In this document: one piece after another, positions 57,362 through 64,000 of the stretch
Layout of the letters: each line of letters opens with the position of its first letter
Position numbering within the stretch: position 1 is the stretch's first letter
Source of the DNA: Octopus sinensis
Taxonomy: Eukaryota
Assembly (NCBI RefSeq): GCF_006345805.1
Contig: NC_043005.1
Span: forward strand, 89,776,001-89,840,000
Direction of reading: 5' to 3'
DNA: 64,000 nucleotides
Position numbers and translations under genes: made by a program
The notes under the pieces: generated by a model
Seen by the model: the letters and a program-made list of their open reading frames with translations, nothing else
Database searches by the model: none
What the model was told of the DNA's origin: nothing

Positions 57362-59146
57362 GTGTGTGTGTGTGTAAAGATGTTTGCCATGATCATGAAA
57401 AACATGCAAGTTGTTCATGGAAAGAAGTAAAGATAACCTCTTCAAATCTTGAATATTGAATATTTTAATAATCTAAAAGTTATTATTTTCGCTTTGGTTG
57501 CGACAAAAGACATTGTGATTAACAGCTTTAATAATACAAACATTGAAATGTTATATGAAAGAAGCATTCAGAAATTGTTGCTGTGTGAATCCATACAATT
57601 TCATGGCGTCTGCACTTTATAAAAAGCGCGTGTTGTAATATTTAACGTTAGACCAACTTCTTTTTATTCGTTGCTCAATAAAATGTTGCTTGAGACATTG
57701 CAACCGTCACAGATAAGCATTTCCCTCATGACCATAAATATAATTTCTCTTTTACTTGTTTCATTAGACAGTGGCCATGCTGGGGCATAGGTTGAAGAAT
57801 TTTAGTTGAACGAATCAACCTCAGCATTTATTGTTTTTTTTTATAAAGCCTAGTACTTATTCCATTGGTCTCTTTGACCGAACTGTTAAGTTACGGAGCC
57901 GTAATCACACTGACACTGGTGGTCAAGCAGTGTTGGGGTCAAACACGTGCACACACACACACACACACACACACACTTTTATTACAGGCTTCATTCAGTT
58001 TCTCTCAACCAAATCCACTCACAAGTCTTTTATCGACATGAAGCTATAGAAGGCACTTACCTAAGGTGCCATGCAATGGGACTGAACCCAGAACCATGTG
58101 GTTGAGAAGCAAACGGTTTACCAAACAGTCACGCCTACACTCACACAACTATGTCATAAAAGGGTTTTCACAGCCACAGCTTTAAATTAGTGTACACGTG
58201 TTCAACCATCGTGAGAAGCTCAGTATCAGATGCACACACCAGTGCAATAAATGTCACGGTCACATGCAGAAACACAAATGTTGGACATTACGAACGTAAT
58301 ATTTGTGTGTTTATATTTAGTATGCAATGAGGAGAGCTTAAACAATTAGGCTGGGATATCAATGTACCTAAATTGGTGAGGGTTGTTATGTTCTACCAAG
58401 ATCTTTGTTATATACATTGCACCTAAATTCTATTTTCAATTCAGTCATAAGATCCTATTCATATATGCGCATGTGTCTGCATGCATGTGTATAAGCAAAA
58501 CCGAATGTATACTGCACCATCACTATGTGTCCACCCGCTCTTTGATATCGTCAGGAATTTCAGACTGTTGATCGCTTCGGAGTTAAAATCATCAGACAAA
58601 CATCAGCTTCTTCTCCTGTTAGCCATTGCCATAAATATGGTGACCAAGTGGACTGAGGTGAAATAAGGAAGATCCTCATCTAAGTCAGGTGTTGGACAGC
58701 CCCGAGTAAGAGTATTTATAGCTGACAGTTGGTGAAGATTGCAAGGCTTACCTTACCAAGAAAGACTTACAACCCACCAAATCAAGTTCCATGATGCCAG
58801 AGAAAGGGAAGATGGTTGAAAAATTCCATTTCTAACCGTCTGTAACCACCAGTCACTTTATTACTAATTAACAATCAGGAGAACTCTTTTACACAGCTCT
58901 GAAATCTCTGCCATCCTTCAAAACTCCCTCAATTACCAAGGTCAACAATTCAGGCCTGAACAAGAGAAATCATAGAATAAGGAACAGTTGGGACCTGAAG
59001 GTGTCAACAATTGGCATCAAAGTGGAAATGGAAGGTTGCAGGGTTATGCCTGATACCAAAGGAGTTGATGAGAACCATGGCAACTGGCAGAATGGGTTAA
59101 GGATAATTCTTACAAGACCCAGATTGACAAGGTCGAGGGCAAAGAT

Positions 59147-59248
59147 AGACACCATCTTCTACAGGGAGATATCTGGGTATAGACACCATCTTATCCAAGG
59201 AGATATCTGGGTATAGACACCATCTTGTCCAGGGAGATATCTGGGTAT
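59147..59248. repeat. 3 x 34-bp tandem repeat
   Basis: AGACACCATCTTnnnCAnGGAGATATCTGGGTAT three times. Confidence 0.85.
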
Positions 59249-59759
59249 ATGGAGGGTGAAAGAATGAAGAAAATGGAATAAGTTCTGGGGTTTTATTGAT
59301 AGAGTTTTCTTCAAAAGTAAATCTCTATGATGCAATGTATGTTGGGACTGGATATTGATTGTGGTTCCAAGACATTGTCGCCATAGCGTGAAGTGTTCTG
59401 GAAATGGTTATTGATAATCTTTCCAATATAACCCCTGAATCAGAATAGATTCTGGGATTAATTCTTGAAAACAATCTTTACAACAAAGTCCCTTCTCACA
59501 AAAACTTCTGAGTTACTTTCACCAGTGGTATAAGTGCGGGAATGAAATTTGCTTCGTGGGTGTAAACCCAGGTCCAGTTTCTTTTACAAACACGGTCAAT
59601 TTTATTTCAATCTTAATATCGAAACTAACACAGTTATGATTTATTATTATTATTATTATTATTGTTATTATTATTGTTATTGTTATTATTGTTATTGTTA
59701 TTATTATTGTTATTGTTATTATTATTGTTATTGTTACTGTTGTTGTTGTTGTTATCATT

Positions 59760-60225
59760 ATTCTATGTTTGACTTTTGTTTTACATTTGTACAAGTTGGC
59801 GCCAAGTCTCACCCAGAGGCCTCTAGAGACAACAAGCTGGAAGTTCATTTTGGTGTTATGCCTAGGGTGCCATATATTTGGTTTTGTACTTAGTGTTGTA
59901 CTAGTGAGTGTCTAAAAAACCATACAAAAATTATGTTTGTTTTAAAACTTGAGATTACATAGAAAGTATTTTACGTAGGATATGAGCAGTTCCCATGAGC
60001 ACTATCTTTTGAATTTCTGCCATTTTGGGGTTTCCTGGTATCTGAGTTAGGTAGCAATCAGCCCCATTTGCTATCATTCCCAGGGCACCTATGACAACAG
60101 GTATTGTTTTAGTCTTCAGGTTCCACATTTTGCTGATTTCTATTTCAAGATCTTTATATTTGCTCAGTTTTTGGTAGGTCTGGACAGATACATTTATATC
60201 GATTGGGACAGACATATCAATGAGG
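59760..60225 (-). mobile_element. Short 3' fragment of an R4/Dong-type LINE between (TAA)-type tracts
   Basis: LIDMSVPIDINVSVQTYQKLSKYKDLEIEISKMWNLKTKTIPVVIGALG. Confidence 0.85.
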
Positions 60226-60274
60226 ATTATTATTATTATTATTATCATCATCATCATCATCAGCATTATTATTA

Positions 60275-60314
<40 letters not shown>

Positions 60315-60329
60315 CAACATCATCATCAA

Positions 60330-60405
<76 letters not shown>

Positions 60406-60803
60406 GTTGTACATCAGTCAAATTGGATTAATCCAATAATAGAAAATAAAGTTACAAATCAGTCCAAAAATGTTTCTATGCTCATTTTTTTGTTGATAAA
60501 GATTTTTAGGAGATCGTTTAAAGCCTTTTCATTGCCCCTGCACCACCAAATTTTTGTGACTGTACTCGCACTGTTCCCGAGCCAATGAGCAGTGGTCCCT
60601 TTGACAGTGGCTCCTTCCCTATTATACAATCGATTCTGGGAGTGTCACATGACAGTTGTTCTTACAACAAAGTCCTTTGAATACACACTGACTATGAAAG
60701 GGGTTTCCAAGAAACAGTGTTTCTACATTTCCAAAACACAAAATTATTTTTATCAAAATTATAAAATGTATACATTAAGTAATTTTCCTATTTCTCATTG
60801 CAG

Positions 60804-60907
60804 CTGAATCTAGTTTGCGATAAAGCGATTCTGGCAAGGTACACCATTTCCGTTTATTTCCTGGGGTGCCTTTTCGCCATGGTCGTCTGTGGAATTTTAT
60901 CAGACAG
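60804..60907 (+). CDS. SLC22: SLC22-family transporter paralog B, coding exon 3
   Basis: ttgcag| acceptor, AG|gtaag donor; LNLVCDKAILARYTISVYFLGCLFAMVVCGILSD-R; 104 nt spanning LVC...GxLSDR, as in SLC22 genes. Confidence 0.92.
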
Positions 60908-61529
60908 GTAAGTTCTGTGTGTCATATCTCCACGCTGGTGTGTTTAAAGTCTGCATTATATTTTATAGTCATAAATGTCTGTGTATGCATATCTGTGTGA
61001 GTGTGTGTGTGTGTGTGTGTGTGCGTGTGTGTGTGTGTGTAGTGCATGAATCTGTATATATGGTGGTCAATGTTAACTCGTGACCGAGCATGACCACTTC
61101 ATAAATTCAAAACTTCCTTGCAAACGTTCTGAGAGTCCAAGAAGTTCCTGTGCATGGATTTGGTTTGAGAAGAACCACTTTTCTGAGTAAACAGCCATAA
61201 AACCAGAGGCACAACAGAGGCTGAGATGACCAGAAGCCAACTGCATTTCAATGTTTTTTCATACAAGTTTACCTTTGCCTAAGAGGAAGTTCTGACAAGA
61301 GACAGGGGTCCCTCATTCCCAGTGATTTACATGCTAATTAAACCATGTCTGGGACCCTAACAGGTGCTTCTATTACAGGTCAGATTTGGGAGAAATAGTA
61401 TAAATACATACATAAATATGCATGTACAAGTATACATATATACATATATACATTTGTATACATGTGTGCGTGTGTGTGTGTATGCGTGCATGTGTGTATC
61501 ACCATTATCATCATCATCATTTAACGTGA

Positions 61530-62086
61530 TTCCACGCTTTAGGAATGGTCAGTTGTCGCTTGATGATCAACCTCGTTCAAGACGACTGTCTACCTCCCGA
61601 ATGAATGAAAACATCATGAAAATTGATGGAGGACCATCACCGAAAAATTGACGAACTTGTCGACATGATTGGTGTGTCCTGGAGTTTTTGCCAACGGATT
61701 TTGAGCGAGGAATTACAAATGAAAAGAGTTGCAACAAAATTTGTGCCTGGCTTGCTCACGGAAGATCAAAAGAAGTCATGGCTGAAGGCGTGTTGTAAAC
61801 TGAAAAAAAAAAACCGTTGGAAGTTGATCCGAACCTTTCCTCGAAGATCATCACTAGTGAGGAAAGCTGATGCTACGGAATTTGCAGATGTGGAAGAGGT
61901 GAAGAAGAAAACGATGGAGGCGTTAAAAGGTATTACTTCGCAAGGGTTCCAGCACTACTTCACGCCTGGTCCAATGCATCGCTTCCAATGGAGAATACTT
62001 TGATGGCGATAAAAGCGTAAGCATGTAAAACTAGGTCAATAAAATAATATTGCAAAATTCCGGCTTCTTTTGGGTACCCTCTGGTA
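61530..62086 (+). mobile_element. Internally deleted mariner fragment (same family and deletion as 40953-41828)
   Basis: QRILSEELQMKRVATKFVPGLL, EFADVEEVKKKTMEALKG; 3' end ...ttttgggtaccctctggta. Confidence 0.8.
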
Positions 62087-62102
62087 TGTATGTGTGTATG
62101 TA

Positions 62103-62181
<79 letters not shown>

Positions 62182-62499
62182 GACAGGCTTCTTTCAGTTT
62201 CCTAAATCCACTCACAAGGCTTTGGTCGGCTCGAGGCTATAGTAGAAGACACTTGCCCAAGGTGCAACGTAGTGGGACTCAACCCAGGACCATGTGGTTA
62301 GTAAGGAAGCTACTTACCACACAGCCACTATATGCATACATACTAGAAGTTTTGGAGTTGATGTACAGGTATTTTATATTAGAAGAAATAAGGTACTCAG
62401 AAATTCGGATGGTTTTATATTTACAGATATTTATTAGTATGTTACATGTTTTTATACATCATATATCATATATCATATATTAGCGCTTTCGTCCATTCT

Positions 62500-63730
62500 A
62501 GTGGAGTCTTCAAATATATATATAATGTGGACGTAATATAGCTTGATTTTGCAAAAGCTTTTGACAAGGTGGATCATGGTATGATATGCCACAAACTGCG
62601 TGACCTTGGCATAGCTGGAAAACTTGAAGAGTGGTTACATGACTTTCTGAAAGATAGGAGTCAGGCAGTAGTGGCTAATGGAGCCAACTCTATGAACACA
62701 CAAATAGTGAGCGGTGTTCCATAGGGCACTGTCTTGGGAACCACTCCTTTTTATAGTGGCCTTCTCAGATATGCCCTCAAATGCCCGGATAGCCACCCTT
62801 GCAAGCTATGCAGATGATACGAAAGTTCCGCAGAAAATACAGAACTCCAGCGATGTTACACACCTGCAGCAGGAGTTGGACTCAATTTACAGATGGGCTG
62901 AGGATAATAATATGCAGCTTAATGCTGAAAAATTCCAAGCCCTATGCTATCAGCATCCAAAACTGAATATGAAACTTACAAGGTACACCGGTCCACAGGG
63001 AATTTCAATCCTAGAGCCTAAGTCAGTGAGGGACCTGGGTATCGACATGAGTGATGATACCTCTTTTCAAGTGCACATTACCAGGATGGCGACAAAGTGC
63101 AGACGACTGGCTGGATGGATCCTAAGAACATTCAGAACCAGAGATAAGGAAACCATGATGGTCCTCTGGCGGACATTCATCCTCAGCCGCCTGGATTACT
63201 GCTCACAGCTATGGTCACCCACCAGTGTGAAATTAACAGCAGACCTTGAAGCAATCCAGAGAAGATTCACAAAGAAGATCGTCTCTTTGCAACAGCTCAT
63301 CTACTGGGAAAGGTTGAAACAGCTAAGACTGGAGAGAAGACGGGAGAGGTACGCAGTAATATATATCTGGAAGCTACACCAATACCAGAACGGGACGACA
63401 CTGCATAGTGCCAAAGGTCCCAGCAATGCCATCACTCTTCAGGACCAGTTACTACAACAGCCTGGGTTTCAGGGGCCCACAGCTTTTTAATATTCTCCCA
63501 AAGAGTCTGAGGAACTTGCACAAAGTAGATGTAGGGGTTTTTAAATCAAAGCTGGACCTCTTCCTGTCGAGAATCCCAGATGAATCTACCTCACGGTAAG
63601 AGGTACAAATGAGGGTAGCTATATCAAACTCCATGCTTCACCAAGTCCCACATATTAGAGGAGGTTCTTAGTAATAACAGTGTAGCAAAACGGCGGTGCA
63701 TCAGCATGGCCACAGCTCTGAGCTGAAACT
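62500..63730 (+). mobile_element. CR1/L2-group LINE 3' fragment (RT)
   Basis: LDFAKAFDKVDHG, SGVP*GTVLG, YADDTK, LSRLDYCSQLWSP, LERRRER. Confidence 0.85.
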
Positions 63731-63755
63731 AGAGAGAGTAAAAGACAATTATAAA

Positions 63756-63790
<35 letters not shown>

Positions 63791-64000
63791 TTATAATTGT
63801 CTTTTACTCTCTCTAGTACTTATTCTATCGGTTTCTTTTTGCAAACCGCTAAGTTACGGGGACGTAACACACTAGCATTGGTTGTCAAGCGATATTGGGG
63901 GCTTCTTTCAGTTTCCGTCTACCAAATCCACTCACAAGACTTTGGTCGGCCCGAGGCTATAGTAGAAGACGCTTGCCTAAGCTGCCACGCAGTGGGACTG

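Overview
Repeat-dense eukaryotic DNA. The SINE/LINE families, microsatellite load and HTGEKPYHC-type zinc-finger relic suggest an octopus or other coleoid cephalopod (inference). Host genes: two SLC22-family (organic cation transporter-like) paralogs arranged head-to-head about 23.6 kb apart. One has coding exon 1 on the minus strand (836-978) and runs off the left edge. The other has coding exons 1-3 on the plus strand (24618-24760, 55710-55932, 60804-60907). The rest is mostly mobile DNA: Penelope-like elements (PLEs), R4/Dong LINEs in (TAA)n, RTE and CR1-like LINEs, an RT-less Ty3/Gypsy element, mariner relics and tRNA-derived SINEs. Main discovery: a ~5.8 kb array (3892-9703) of a ~490-bp unit in which each complete unit carries a canonical type I hammerhead ribozyme (10 sense copies, two with stem III lesions, plus 1 complete inverted copy). 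This resembles a retrozyme or PLE pseudo-LTR array able to yield ~490-nt self-cleaved or circular RNAs. Four further well-formed hammerheads from other repeat families occur, one sense-oriented inside the SLC22 intron. A 100%-identical 229-bp inverted repeat brackets SLC22 exon 2. All folds were derived by eye; none was computed or tested.
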